Shown: positions 10,416 to 24,213 of the stretch, one piece after another
Numbering within the stretch: the first letter of the stretch is position 1
How the letters are laid out: every line of letters starts with the position of its first letter
Assembly: GCA_036785375.1 (NCBI GenBank)
Contig: JAWMAR010001544.1
Location: 124,001 to 188,000, forward strand
From: Leucoraja ocellata
Taxonomy: Eukaryota
Length of the DNA stretch: 64,000 nucleotides
Reading direction: 5' to 3'
The notes under the pieces: model-generated
The model's database searches: none
Seen by the model: the letters and a program-made list of their open reading frames with translations, nothing else
Told to the model about the DNA's origin: nothing
Translations under genes and position numbers: made by a program

Positions 10416-13390
10416 TTTTACTTCGGAGTCACGTGAGTGACCACGTGAAGATGGCCGTCCAGGCGCATGCTGGTCATCTCGTCAGACGCATTGCGCTGCC
10501 ACCGCGGTAGGAGGTGTGGAACCTCTAAGCGGTGAGTGAAGGAAAACATGGACGTAAGTCTTTTCTACTTCTACTTTCAGGCTGCTTTTATTCGGAGACT
10601 GCGTGCAGAGACACAGGCAAGTCTTATGTATGGAGAAAGGTGGGAGGAAGAATATTAAGCGCATCGCAGTAAGCACTCAATAAGACAAAGTGTCTGAGAG
10701 TAGCGGGCGCCCGACTAAAAAGTCGATTGTAAAGAAATTACTATTTTACACGGGAGGGGAAAAGTCCCGTTGAAACTTCCATAGGGAGCAAGGCCATAAA
10801 GAAATAACAGACCTGGAAGACTATGTGGAGTCTGAACTATAGAATTTATAAACTGGAATTCCTCATGGGTAAAACAAACTCCAGAAGGAGTATAAAAGAC
10901 GTGGCTTAAAGAGCAACCGCATGGAACACCCAGAAGAGGTTCTGGGAAACGTTGGCCCAGATTTGAGCCAGCGAACGAAATGCCTGATGATAAAGATGAA
11001 TATATGGGCTGACCTGACACGGAGGCAGCACCAGAAATGTCTGAAAGACAATACAGGCGTTGGTCTACAGGAGACCCAGAATATGGAGCAGCACCCAAAA
11101 GTGGGCTGCCAATATACAGCTCAAATGAAGAGCTTGATGTAGCCAAAGAGGGACAAAAAAGCATCGGCCTATATTAGAGCCATCGCATGAAATACCTGAT
11201 GATGAATATCCAAGTGAAACCGATTATGAGGAGGAATATCCAGAATACTCTGATAATGAACCAGTTGAGGGCCAGAACCCAAAGCAAAAAAGAAAAATGC
11301 CAGTGCTGGTCCAAAAGTTCTATAGTCCCAGACACAAGGGACAACCTCTTCCAGAGGAAATAGCAGAGAGTATAAATTACCTGCTTTCCCATCAATCACA
11401 AGATGCAACAATGGATGAAGTTATGAACAAATATGAAATCCCGCAGACCTGTGCTCTGCTTGGAGTGCCAGTTGTTAACAAAGAAGTGTGGAAGTATATG
11501 GGCATTGTAGTAAGAGCTCAAGAAATTAGATTACAGCGGGAATTAAGATTGATTGGGTCAAATATTACAGCATTTGTCAAAGATCTGGAAGAAGGAAATG
11601 TGACAATGGCACAACAGGATGTAATGGGAATGATGTGGAATGCACATTTTGAAATAAACTGTATTTGTAAAACTGCGTTAAGACCTAACATACATCCTAA
11701 GTTTGCAGGGCTCTGTAAACCATCTAATATACAATTGCCAAATGTACTCATTGGAGAAGAGCTTGCCAAATAACTAAAGGTTCTCAACGAAGAATCAAAA
11801 ACCATCGGGATGATGAAACCACCGATGTTTGCAGCACAGCTAGAAGGCAATATCCATACCGAAGGGGAACTGGTGATTGAACAAGTCGCTCGGACTCACA
11901 TACAAGATACGGACATACAACCCCAGGACGTGGAGGTCATGGTATTTCCACAAGGGGCAATGTACAAAAAGTGACACCAGTAAACTCTGAGGTAGGTGGC
12001 TCTGGTTCTGAAAGAAACATATCAGATGTATCCTACTTACAAGTTGGGGGTAGGTTACAATTATTTTTAAAAGAATGGAAACTAATAACATCTGATGCAT
12101 ATATACTGTGCAGAATTATGGGGTTTAGGATTTAATTTTACCAGAATTAAAATCCACCTACACAACATATTACAAAAATAATATATTCCTGCTCTAAAGA
12201 AGAGATGAGAAGAATTAAAATAGAAATTGAGATTTGGAGTACAAAAGGGGTAATAGAGAAAACAACTTATCAAAACCATCACTTTGTATCTAGTATTTTC
12301 TCAAGAACAAAAAAGGTTTGGGGGTAGTAGAATCATTTTGGACCTCACAAGTCTTAACTCTTTTGTGCAGTATAAACATTTCAAAATGGAGACTTGTACT
12401 AATGCTTTGCAATTAATTTCAACAGAATGCTATATGGCAAGCATTGATCTCCAAGATGCACATAATTCTGTTGTGGTGCATGTGCAACATCGCAGATATT
12501 TGAAATGTGTCTGGATGTCTCAAATGTGGCAGTTTAAAGCCCCAGATTGTTTACAACACTGTTGAAGTCAATTTTAGCATTGTTAAGAACTCAAGGCCAT
12601 TTGATAATGGCTTATTGGGATGACATTTTCATTGTGGGAGATACTGAAGCCATGACAGCAGCTTGTCAGCAATCCAGTCTGAAGAAGGGTTTCGGCCCGA
12701 AACGTTGCCTATTTCCTTCGCTCCATAGATGCTGCTGCACCCGCTGAGTTTCTCCAGCTTTTCTGTGTAACCTTCGATTCTCCAGCATCTGCAGTTCCCT
12801 CTTAAACACCATGACAGCAGCTTCTGTTTTAAAAAGTAAACCTCACATTTCAAAGAATGGGATTTGTCATTCATTCAGACATATCCAGACTGACACCTAA
12901 CAAAATAATTGATTACTTGGGGTTCACTATTAATTCAGAACACAAGACAGTGAGCTTACCCAAGGACAAAAAGTTGCAAGTGATTAAGGGTTGTAAGGAG
13001 TTAATTGCAGGCAAACAACCATCAATCAGTCAAGTAGCAAATCTAATTCGCAAGTTAATTGCTTCATTTCCAGCTGTTCAGTTTGGACCACTGAATTATC
13101 AGACAGCTGCAGTGCGCAAAGATATCAGTATTGGGAAGACATGCTGGACGTTACGATAGGCCTATACAACTAACTAACACAGCAATTGAGGATATAAAAT
13201 GGTGGATTAAAAATGTGGATTACTCTTACAGGAAAATTCTGAATGAATCACACCCTACCATTTTATAAACAGATGCAAGTGCACTGGAATGGGGAGCTGC
13301 GGATGCCATCTCAAGCCGTGGAGGTAGATGGAATGCAGAGGAAGAACCTTTGCTCGAGACATATGGCATAAATTATCTTTAATTACTAAG
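10416..13390 (+). mobile_element. DIRS-type retrotransposon, 3'-truncated (terminus, gag, RT, start of RNase H)
   Basis: Starts TTTTACTTCGGAGTCACGTG. gag-like 11297-11773; RT motifs RIILDLTSLN, MASIDLQDAH, MAYWDDIF, YLGFTINS; TDAS-like RNase H start near 13270. Frameshifted. Confidence 0.8.
12665..12808 (+). mobile_element. Short Penelope-like terminal-repeat insertion with a hammerhead-like core
   Basis: Flanked by a 15-bp duplication ccatgacagcagctt (12650-12664 and 12809-12823); CTGAAGA-agggtttcggccc-GAAAC-GTT from 12679. Confidence 0.7.
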
Positions 13391-13509
13391 TGTATTGGTT
13401 CACGAAGCCCGTCGATTTAAAAGTACTGATGTTCGAGGTGCACAATTTGCGGGTGAATTTGTTGATGTGAATCGGTGTACTGGTTCACGATGCCCGTCGA
13501 TTTGCTACG

Positions 13510-16062
13510 GGTCCAGTCATTGCTACACTGGATAGAATGATCATATCTGTGGTCTATAATAACATGTTTTGTTATGATTAGTCAAGCAGAGTAGACAGGG
13601 ACACGGACCAAACTAGATGTTGCATATCCCATGGACCTTGGGTTGCGTGTGATCATGCATCTACACCAGTATGTCAAGGTCCCTAAGAGCATCATAGACT
13701 CTGACTAGCAATATTGTTAGTTACATTAAACCTCGTTAGAAGGAATCACTACGAACGTTCAGCAGTACGCCAATCCTCGGGGACTATTCCCGTAGCTCCA
13801 GATGGACTATTCCCGTACGGTTTGGGGCATGCTGCATGGGTGGCAGTGAGCCAGCAAATTCTATTTGGAACCCATCTATACTGTGCAGTCTAAACAAGTC
13901 AGATGTTACCCACCACCACTCATGCAAAAAGAAACGTAACCTCCCACCAACATGCGTTAGACCCACAACCCAAATGTTACATAGTGAACCAGACCCACCT
14001 ACCTCTGTGTTAGTTGGATTCTGGATCGTTATTTCCTTCCCCGATGTTTGGGGATTTGAGGTGCTGGTATGCACCAGCTGCGCATCTTGGCTGTCGGCCG
14101 GTTCGGGCCATGTCCTAATAAAGACTTCCTGCCGGTTCTTTCAGTCCTCGAGCTGAAGGTGGTTCCCACAGACAGTCTAGTGCTGGTCGAGGCATACGGG
14201 TGCTGGCGTTGAAACGATGACTGTCTGTTTGCTGGTGGAGTCCAAAGTAGCCCCACAGCCTTCGACTCGTCGTCCTGATCCTTCACCTGCCTGGATAGGT
14301 CTTCTCCAAACAGTAAATAGGGCGGCTGCACATTACTGGACTTGTACAACCCTGCAAACTTGGGGTTGAGAACAGGACGAATGGCATTCTTGCGAAAGCA
14401 ATTCATTTCAAATTGTGCATTACACAACGATGCCATTGCGTCCCGTTGAGCCTCAGATAATGCACAGCGGTCCACCGACCTGGCCACTGCTGTCCACCGA
14501 CCTGGCCACTGCTGTCCACCGACCTGGCCACTGCTGTCCACCGACCTGGCCACAGCTGTCCACCGACCTGGCCACAGCTGTCCACCGACCTGGCCACTGC
14601 TGTCCACCGACCTGGCCACTGCTGTCCACCGACCTGGCCACTGCTGTCCACAGACCTGGCGACAGCTGTCCACCGACCTGGCCACTGCTGTCCACCGACC
14701 TGGCCACTGCTGTCCACCGACCTGGCGACAGCTGTCCACCGACCTGGCCACTGCTGTCCACCGACCTGGCCACAGCTGTCCACCGACCTGGCCACTGCTG
14801 TCCACCGACCTGGCCACTGCTGTCCACCGACCTGTCCACCGACCTGGCCACTGCTGTCCACCGACCTGGCCACTGCTGTCCACCGACCTGGCCACTGCTG
14901 TCCACCGACCTGGCCACAGCTGTCCACCGACCTGGCCACTGCTGTCCACCGACCTGGCCACTGCTGTCCACCGACCTGGCCACTGCTGTCCACCGACCTG
15001 GCCACAGCTGTCCACCGACCTGGCCACTGCTGTCCACCGACCTGGCCACAGCTGTCCACCGACCTGGCCACAGCTGTCCACCGACCTGTCCACCGACCTG
15101 GCCACTGCTGTCCACCGACCTGGCCACTGCTGTCCACCCCGATGCCAGCAGATTCAGGATTCTCTGTAATTTGACCTCTTGGGCCAATGTAGCTCCAGAT
15201 GGAACTGTTCACCGCCGGTACGTTGAGGGAGGCGCAGTTGCTGGGCGCATGGTACCTCATGGCTGTCTCCATCATCACCTGCTCTTGAAGCTGGTGGCAA
15301 GCAAGGTAATTAATGCTGGCCGCCAGCTCTTCATCCAGCGGCTCCCCAACCAGCAACGACATTGCAAACTTGGAGACCATGGTTGGCACATGCACATCTC
15401 GCGGGTCCCTTATCGAACGTTCTCCCCGCATCTCAGTGCAATGCGAGTCTGCCCAGGACTGGTGGTCTACACTCCCATCCTTGGATGGGGAGACATAATG
15501 CAGCCCTGCACCAGGTGCTGCTGTGGGCCCCCGAGACCCGCTGTGATATGACTCCCGACCGAGGAGCATATCATGTTGGAGTATCTTCTCCATAAGATGC
15601 TCCACTCGGGAAAGGCGTCCGACAATGCTCCCCGTAGGAGGAGGCGAACCCTCCCGGCCGGACTCATCCGAGTCAACCGGCCTGTTGGACTTGTCCTTCC
15701 CGACCCACAGGGTAGCCACAGTGCTCTCCATGGGCACCGAGCCCAAAGTCGCTGGCTGCGCTGTCAGCGACCGCGATGGTGAAACGGAATGCCGCCCGCT
15801 GACCGCACTCCCGCGGTCTTCCGAAGCGGTTCTCCTTGCGAGATTTCACCCTCTCCTTATCCATGGTGTTCCTGCTGTAACAAGACAGAAGACAAAACGA
15901 CCGCAGACTAAGTTCAAGAACTTACCTGGAGGTCTTTTGAAACTTACCGCTGGTGAAGCGACACGCTTGCCAGCCAGTCAGAGCGCCATGCGTTAGACAG
16001 AATGACGCGCATGCGGGCTGACGGGGTCTTCACATATTCATTCACGTGACCCCAAAGTAAAA
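13510..16062 (-). mobile_element. Second DIRS-type element (different family), 3'-truncated
   Basis: Minus strand starts TTTTACTTTGGGGTCACGTG. gag PLDEELAASINYL...NAQFEMNCFRKNAIRPVLNPKFAGL is homologous to the plus-strand gag; RT start EVGGSGS...VGGRLRFFLHEW. Confidence 0.8.
14471..15137. repeat. 22-bp minisatellite (TCCACCGACCTGGCCACTGCTG), about 30 units, inside DIRS gag
   Basis: Highly homogeneous tandem units read directly from the sequence. Confidence 0.95.
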
Positions 16063-16872
16063 TGGGGATAAATATGAGGTTATCCACTTTGGTAGCAAAA
16101 ACAGGAAGGCAGATTATTATCTAAATGTTATCAAGTTGGGAAAAGGGGAAGTACAACGGGATCTGGGGGTCCTTGTTCCTCAGTCAATTAAAGTAAGCAT
16201 GCAGGTACAGCAGGCAGTGAAGAAAGCGAATGGCATGTTGGACTTCATAACAAGAGGAGTTGAGTATAGGAGCAAACAGGTCCTTCTGCAGTTGTACAGG
16301 GCCCTAGTGAGATCACACCTGGAGTATTGTGTGCAGTTTTGGTCCCCTAATTTGAGGAAGAACATTCTTGCTATTGAGGGAGTGCAACATAGGTTTACAA
16401 GGTTAATTCCCGGGATGGCACTGTGATATACTGAGAGAATGGAGCAGCTGGGCTTGTACACTCTGGAATTTAGAAGGATGAGAGGGGATCTTATTGAAAC
16501 CCTGAATAATCTTATCAGATTATTACAGGTTTGGACACGTGAGAGGCAGGAAACATGTTCCCGATGTTGGGGGAGTCCAGAACCAGGGACCACAGTTTAA
16601 GAATAAGGGGTAAGCCATTTAGAACGGAGATGAGGAAACACTTTTTCACACAGAGAGTTGTGAGCCTGTGGAATTCTCTGCCTTAGTGGGCAATGGAGGC
16701 CGATTATCTGGATGTTTTTAAGAGAGAGCTTGATAGGGCTCTTAAAGATAGTGGTTGGGTGATATGGGGAGAAGGCAGGAACTGATTGGGGATGATCAGC
16801 CATGATCACATTGAACAGCGGTGCTGGCTTGAGGGCCGAATGGCCTACTCCTGCACCTATTGTCTATTGTGT
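16063..16872 (+). mobile_element. CR1 LINE 3' fragment, (TATTGTC)n tail
   Basis: QQAVKKANGML...[13 protein letters not shown]. Confidence 0.85.
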
Positions 16873-16921
16873 CCATTTATTCCACAGATGATGCCTGGCC
16901 CACCAATTACTCCAGCACTGT

Positions 16922-18470
16922 TGTTCCTGATATAGTGGTGGTCAGAGGATCTGGGGTGACGGAGGAACTGAAGAAAATCCACATTAGGCAGGAAATGGTG
17001 TTGGGTAGACTGATGGGACTGAAGGGTGATAAATCCCCAGGGCCTGATGGTCTGCATCCCAGGGTACTTAAAGAAGTGGCTCTAGAAATCGTGGATGCAT
17101 TGGTGATCATTTTCCAATGTTCTATAGACTCAGGATCAGTTCTTGTGGATTGGAGGGAAGCTAAAGTTATCCCACTTTTTAAGAAAGGCGGGAGAGAGAA
17201 AACGGGGAATTACAGACCAGTTAGCCTGACATCGGTGGTGGGGAAGATGCTGGAGTCAATTATAGAAGATTGGATAGCAGAAACAGGCTCGGTCCGAGTC
17301 AGCATGTGGGGAAATCATGCTTGACTAATCTTCTGGACATTTTTGAAGATGTAACTAGGAAAATGGACAAGGGAGAGCCAGTGGATGTAGTGTACCTGGA
17401 CTTTCAGAAAGCATTTGATAAGGTCCAACATAGGAGATTAGTGGGCAAAATTAGGGCCCATGGTATTGGGGGTAGAGTGCTGACATGGATAGAGAAGTGG
17501 TTGGCAGACAGGAAACAAAGGGTAAGATGTTAGCAGGTCCCTTTCAGAATGGCAGACTAGTGGGGTACCGCAAGGCTCAGTGCTGGGACCGCAGCTATTT
17601 ACAATATACATCAATGATTTGGATGGAGGGATTAAAAGCAAATTAGCAAATTTGCAGATGAGACAAAGCTGGGTGGCAGTGTGAACTGTGAGGAGGATGC
17701 TATGAGAATGCTGGGTGACTTGGAAAGGTTAGGGGAGTGGGCAGATGCATGGCAGATGAAGTTTAATGCAGATAAATGTGAGGTTACCCACTTTAGTAGC
17801 AAAACCAAGAAGGCAAACTATCTAAATGGCATCAAGTTGGGAAAAGGGGAAGTACAATGAGGAGTAAAGAGGTCCTTCTGCAGTTGCACAGAGCCCTAGT
17901 AAGACCACACCTGGAGTATTGTGTGCAGTTTTGGTCCCCTAATTTGAGGAGGGACTTTCTTGCTATTGAGGGCTTGCAGCGGAGGTTTACAAGGTTAATT
18001 CCCGGGATGGCGGGGCTGTCATATACTGAAAGAATTGAGCAGCTGGGCTTGTACACTCTGGAGTTTAGAAGGATGAGAGGGTATCTCATTGAAACATGTA
18101 AGATTGTTAAGGGTTTGGACAAGCTTGAGGCAGGAAACATGTTCCCGATGTTGGGGGAGTCCAGAACCAGGGCCCACAATTTAAGAATAAGGGGTAAGCC
18201 ATTTAGAACGGAGACGATGAAACACTTTTTCTCACTGAGAGTTGTGATTCTGTGGAATTCTCTGCCTCAGAGAGCGGTGGAGGCAGGTTCTCTAGATGCT
18301 TTCAAGAGAGAGCAGGATAGGGCTCTTAAAAATAGAAGAGTCAGGGGATATGGGGAGAAGGCAGGAACAGGGTACTGATTGGGGATGATCAGCCATGATC
18401 ACATTGAATGGCAGTGCTGGCTCGACGGACTGAATGGCCGATTCCTGCACCTATTGTTTATTGTCTTTGT
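16922..18470 (+). mobile_element. CR1 LINE ORF2 fragment, degenerate
   Basis: [43 protein letters not shown], and a 3' UTR. Confidence 0.88.
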
Positions 18471-19569
18471 ACAAGATTCCAGAACCCTGAATTGAAAGAA
18501 TCTCGAATGAAATATGTTAGGAAATACCTAATGCATATTAGGAAATACCAATTAAACTATAAATCTGGATATCTTTGGAGTATGGGAGGGCCCCAGAACA
18601 TATGTGGAAAACACACTTGGTCACAGGAAGAGTATTCAAACTCTGTACGGATAACACATGGTGTCAGTTTCAAACCCAGGTATCTGGTGCTGTGAGGCAG
18701 CAACTCTACCACTGTGCTGCCCAATCTTTCCACAAACACTGAAACCCAAGAGAGGGTTTGAAACAGCGGCCTTACCTTAACGTCATCTCCATAAAGGCTA
18801 GATCCTGAGACAATAGACAATAGGTGCAGGAGTAGGCCATTCGGCCCTTCGAGCCAGCACCGCCATTCACTGTGATCATGGCTAATCATCCACAACGGCA
18901 AACTTTGACCGCCCGAATCGAGGGGTATAAATCGACCCGGAGCGGGGCCTTACATCACCTGGCGCGGCTTAAACAGCCGCAGGACTTACCATTACCCACC
19001 GGGGCCTCTAACATCAAGAGCCTCGACCAGCTCGATGCAGCAGTTTGACTGCTTGACTGTGGGCAAGAGATAAGACTTTTGCCTTCCATCACAGTGAGGA
19101 GGTATTTGGAAATTCACTGTGATGGATGTTTGTGTGGAATTGTGTTAATTGTGTGTTTTGGTTTTTTTGTTGTTATGACTGCAGGAAAGTAATTTTGTTT
19201 GAACCTATGTTTCAATGACAATAAACAGCATTCTGATTCTCTGATGTTGATTCAGACTGATGTATTTGGGAGAAAGCTGGAAAGAGACGAGAGCAGGACA
19301 GAGCCTGGTGAGTGATTCTGGATACAGTTGGGGGCTGATTAGCAGATTGTGGAGTACTGACAAAGGCTAGAGGTGAAGAGGAGACGAGTGTCAAACAAGG
19401 GGAAGAGAGGTGTCATGCAAAGCCAGGGGGAAGGATCGGGGAAAGAGGGGAATGTGGGACAGGGATGAGTATACAGAGGAGGGGAAGGGGTAGGGAGACC
19501 GTTGAGTGAGGTGCACACCAGGGTGGGGAGTGCAGGGAAAGAGGGAAACCCCCTTAATCAAGACACTTA

Positions 19570-20183
19570 TTGAGTATAGAAGCTGGGATGTAATGTTAAA
19601 ATTGTACAAGGCATTGGTGAGACCAAATCTGGAGTATGGTGTACAATTTTGGTCGCCCAATTATAGGAAGGATGTCAACAAAATAGAGAGAGTACAGAGG
19701 AGATTTACTAGAATGTTGCCTGGGTTTCAACAACTAAGTTACAGAGATAGGTTGAATAAGTTAGGTCTTTATTCTCTGGAGCGCAGAAGGTTAAGGGGGG
19801 ACTTGATAGAGGTCTTTAAAATGATGAGAGGGATAGACAGAGTTGATGTGGCAAGCTTTTCCCTTTGAGAATAGGGAAGATTTAAACAAGAGGACATGAC
19901 TTCAGAATTAAGGGACAGAAGTTTAGGGGTAACATGAGGGGGAACTTCTTTACCCAGAGAGTGGTAGCGGTGTGGAATGAGCTTCCAGTGGAAGTGGTGG
20001 AGGCAGGTTTGTTGGTATCATTTAAAAATAAATTGGATAGGCATATGGATGAGAAGGGAATGGAGGGTTATGGTATGAGTGCAGGTAGGTGGGACTAAGG
20101 GAAAAAAAGTTGTTCGGCACGGACTTGTAGGGCCGAGATGGCCTGTTTCCGTGCTGTAATTGTTATATGGTTATATGTTATAT
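19570..20183 (+). mobile_element. CR1 LINE 3' fragment, (GTTATATG)n tail
   Basis: IEYRSWDVMLKLYKALVRPNLEY... and tail. Confidence 0.88.
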
Positions 20184-22189
20184 TCCCATCTCCAAATCTC
20201 ATTTCCTTTTATCCCCTCCCGTCCCCTTACACCTGAAAACCTCCTTCCATTCAAAGCCGACGCTAGGGTCGGGTGATCGGGCGTAGGGAAGGGTAGTGGG
20301 ATATATCTCCACTTTTTTCACTTTTTCGTTGGTTCAGAGGTTTTTCTTTTTTATCTCTCGTGTCTTTTACAAAATTATTTCTTTTCTTTTTCTTTTCTTC
20401 TTCCTTTCTTTTCATTTTTCTTTTTTCCGATTTAGTTTTTAGTTCATAAAATGTTAAAATTGAAGCTTATGAACATTGTATAATTGTTATGTCGATGACT
20501 TTCTCCTTGTACAATTGCTTCTAATAAAATAAATATTAAAATAAAAAGCAGAGATTCCAGTCTTTGGAGATCCTTCGTGGAAATGAATACAATTTGGTCA
20601 CACCTTCAGAAAAGAGCAGAGGGGAGAGGAGATGTATTCTGGCAACACTGACACAAACATACTAAACCAAATAGATTTAGACCTCTTCCAAAAAAAACAG
20701 TATGGTGAATGGAATGCAGGATTACTTAATTTGTATTGACACTTAAAACAAGTGTCATGAACACTAAACTACTTTCACTGCAACAGGAACCAACTAGGAT
20801 TACTTTAGGGAATATAAAGAAGTCTACAAAGAATGCTGGATGTACTCAGTTGGTCAGGCACCATCTGCCGGACAGATGTTTCAGGTTGGGATCCTTCAGA
20901 CTGAGAGAGTAGTGGAGAAATCTGGAAAGATGTGGGAGCAGGACAAAAGCTGGCAAGTGATGTGGATAGACACAAATGCTGGAGTAATTCAGTGAGACGG
21001 GCAGCATCTTGGGAGAGAAGGAATGGGTGATGTTTCAGGTACAGGCTGTCCTTCAGACAATAAATACAAGCAATTGGCACTTGGTGGAGCAATGACAAAG
21101 GCGAGAGGTGAAGAGGTGACAAAAGGTTTAGATAAGGAGAGAGAGAGATGTGAAGCTGGAGGGCGGGATATGGGTCGAAGGGTAAAGAGGCAAAGATGAA
21201 TGTCAGGAATGGGAGATGAGTGTGGAAAGAGGGGAAGGTGCAGGGTGAATGGGTGATGCGGGGAAAGGGAGAGTCCCCAGTACATTCATCCCTTTTCCCC
21301 ATCCTATCCCATTGCACTCATATTCCTTCTACCAGGTTTACAGTTCACACCTTGCTTTCTCCTTCTGAGATGTTCATAAATCATAGCGGCGATGACAGAG
21401 GGTTCATGGCCCCGACCACGGATAAACAAAGGAGGAGGACTGACTGAACCTTGTTGCCTTTCGCCACAGTGAAGAATGCTGTGCTGGATGTTTTGTGTTA
21501 AATTCTATTGTGTATTGTGTGTTCTTTTTAAGTGTATCGCTGCTGGCAAATTTATTTCACTGCACCTTTGGGTGCATGTAACGAATACAATTGACTTTGA
21601 CTTTTACACCTTTAGCCTTTGTCACTTACTGATTCAATTATTTTTTGTCACATGTACCATGTGAAACAATGAAATGCTTTGTTTTGCATAAAACCTGGTA
21701 AAATCACGTGGCTGACCTCACCTGGGCAGTACACGATGTTTTGGTGTTCCACCCATCTGGCAATTTCCTCTCCCCCCCACCTGCATCCAGCCATCACTTG
21801 CTAGACTATTGCCCCACCTCACATTTCCAGCTTTCTCCCTTTACTCCATCATGCTGAAGGCTTCTGACCTGATACTTCATTGGTCCATTCCTTCCAGATG
21901 TTGCCTGACCCACTGGTTTCCTCCAGCAGACTTTTTTCTCCCTCAAGATTCCAGCACCGTGAATTCTAGTATTTTAAACCAAGAATAATCAGGAAAATAC
22001 TTTCTCCTCCAAACATTTATTGGTCTGAAACCAGAGGTGGTTCTAAACAGGGTCCTTACCTGCGTCCCATCTCCATACAGTTCAGGTCCTGACAGATTGA
22101 CAAAGTCAGACAATTCAAATTAATACACCACTAATGATTCAAAATCTCCCACCATCTTCGTCACACCCTTAATCTCACAGCAATACTTT

Positions 22190-24213
22190 TAACGACAAGG
22201 ATTCGAAGGGCCTGAGCTCAGGGCAAGGTTGGGCAGGCAAAGAGGAGGCAGAAACGGGGCAAGAGAGAGGGTGTCCGTGCTAGGCTGAGAGATAATGCTA
22301 GCTGGTCGGCCAGCTCTCCCATCTATCCTACTCTCCAACGTCCGCTTCCTGGAAAACAAACTGGACAACATCCAACTACAGAGGAGTACACAGTGAGAGA
22401 CTAGGGACTGCTGTGTCTGTGTTTTACTGAGACATGGCTGAACGATCGAGTCCCGGACGTGGCCATTCAGCTAGCCGGGCTAGCCTCGCACGGAGCCGAC
22501 AGAGAACCATCACAGGTACACAAAAATGCTGGAGAAACTCAGCGGGTGCAGCAGCATCTATGGAGCGAAGGAAATAGGCGACGTTTCAGGCTGAAACCCT
22601 TCTTCAGACTGATGGGGGGTGGGGGGGAGAAGGAAGGAAAAAGGGAGGAGGAAGAGCCCGAGGGCGGGGGATGGGAGGAGACAGCTCGAGGGGAGGAGAC
22701 TGCATGGGCTAGCAAAACTGGGAGAATTCAACGTTCATGCCATCCGGACGCAAACTGCCCAGGCGGAATATGAGGTGCTGTTTCTCCAATTTCCGGTGTT
22801 GCTCACTCTGGCAATGGAGGAGACCCAGGACAGAGAGGTCGGATTGGGAATGGGAAGGGGAGTTGAAGTGCTGAGCCACCGGGAGATCAGGTTGGTTATT
22901 GCGGACTGAGCGGAGGTGTTCGGCGAAACGATCGCCCAACCTACGCTTAGTCTCCCCGATGTAAATCAGCTGACACCTAGAGCAGCGGATGCAGTAGATG
23001 AGGTTGGAGGAGATGCAGGTGAACCTTTGTCGCACCTGGAACGACTGCTTGGGTCCTTGAATGGAGTCGAGGGGGGAGGTGAAGGGACAGGTGTTGCATT
23101 TCTTGCGGTTGCAACGGAAAGTGCCCGGGGAGGGGGTGGTGCGGGAGGGAAGGGAAGAATTGACAAGGGAGTTGCGCGGTAAGACTCGAGGTGGTGGCCT
23201 GTGTGTTTACATCAACACTGACTGGTGCAACAACTCTGTCTTAGTCTCCGAGTTCTGTTCATTGCTGGTGGAGAATGCGATTGTGAGATGTAGACCTTTT
23301 TATTTGCCACGGGAGTTTACCACAGTGCTCATTGTTGCTGTTCACATCCCCCCCATTGCTAATGCTAAGGAAACACTAGCTGTACTGTACTGTATGGAGC
23401 TTTATGCAATCTACAAAACACACACCCAGAAGGACTGTTTATTGCCGTAGGAGATTTCAACCGTGCAAATCTCAAAACTGTGCAACCTAAATGTTACCAA
23501 CATGTGGACTTTGCAACGAGAGGAGAGAATGTGCTAGATCTTGTTTACATCAATATGCCCAGTGCGTACAGGGTGGAGTCACGCCCCCATCTCGGATACT
23601 CAGACCACATCTCTGTCATGCTGATCCCAGCATACAGACTGCTTGTCAGATGCTCCAGACCAGCTAAAAAACAGGTGAAGACCTGGCCAGCAGGAGCCAT
23701 CTCTGCTCTCCAGGACTGCATTGACTGGCACATGTTTAGGGAGGCAGCAACCACCGGCGGCACCACTGGCTTGGAGGAGTACACGGCATCAGTGACTGGT
23801 TACATCAGTAAATACATTGATGACATTACTGTCACTGAGCTCATCACCACACATCCCCAACAGTAAACCATGGATGACTGCAGAGGTACGTGCGCTGCTG
23901 AGAGCCCGAGACACGGCCTTCAGAGCAGGCGATAAGGAGGCCCTGAGAACAGCGAGGGCCAAACTGTCCCGGGCCATCAGGGAAGCAAAGCGAGCGCATG
24001 CAAGGAAAATCCACGGCCACTTCAGTGACAGCAGGGACACACTGAAGCTGTGGCAAGGCATCCAAGCCATCACCAACTTCAGGACATCAACACCAGCCTG
24101 TGACAGCGATGCCTCTCTGCCTGATGCGCTGAACATGTTCTACGCCCAGTTTGATGCACAGAACGACGTGGTGGCGAGGAAGACCACCCCCCCCCCCCCT
24201 GCGACCAGGTGGC
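22190..24213 (+). mobile_element. Rex1/Babar-like LINE 5' part (APE endonuclease), interrupted by a Penelope-like element
   Basis: [59 protein letters not shown]. Confidence 0.8.
22514..23177 (-). mobile_element. Penelope-like element 3' part (GIY-YIG endonuclease plus terminal repeat)
   Basis: FTCISSNLIYCIRCSRCQLIYIGETKRRLGDRFAEHL (22709-23035); hammerhead-like CTGAAGA...GAAACGTC on minus near 22578-22610. Confidence 0.88.
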
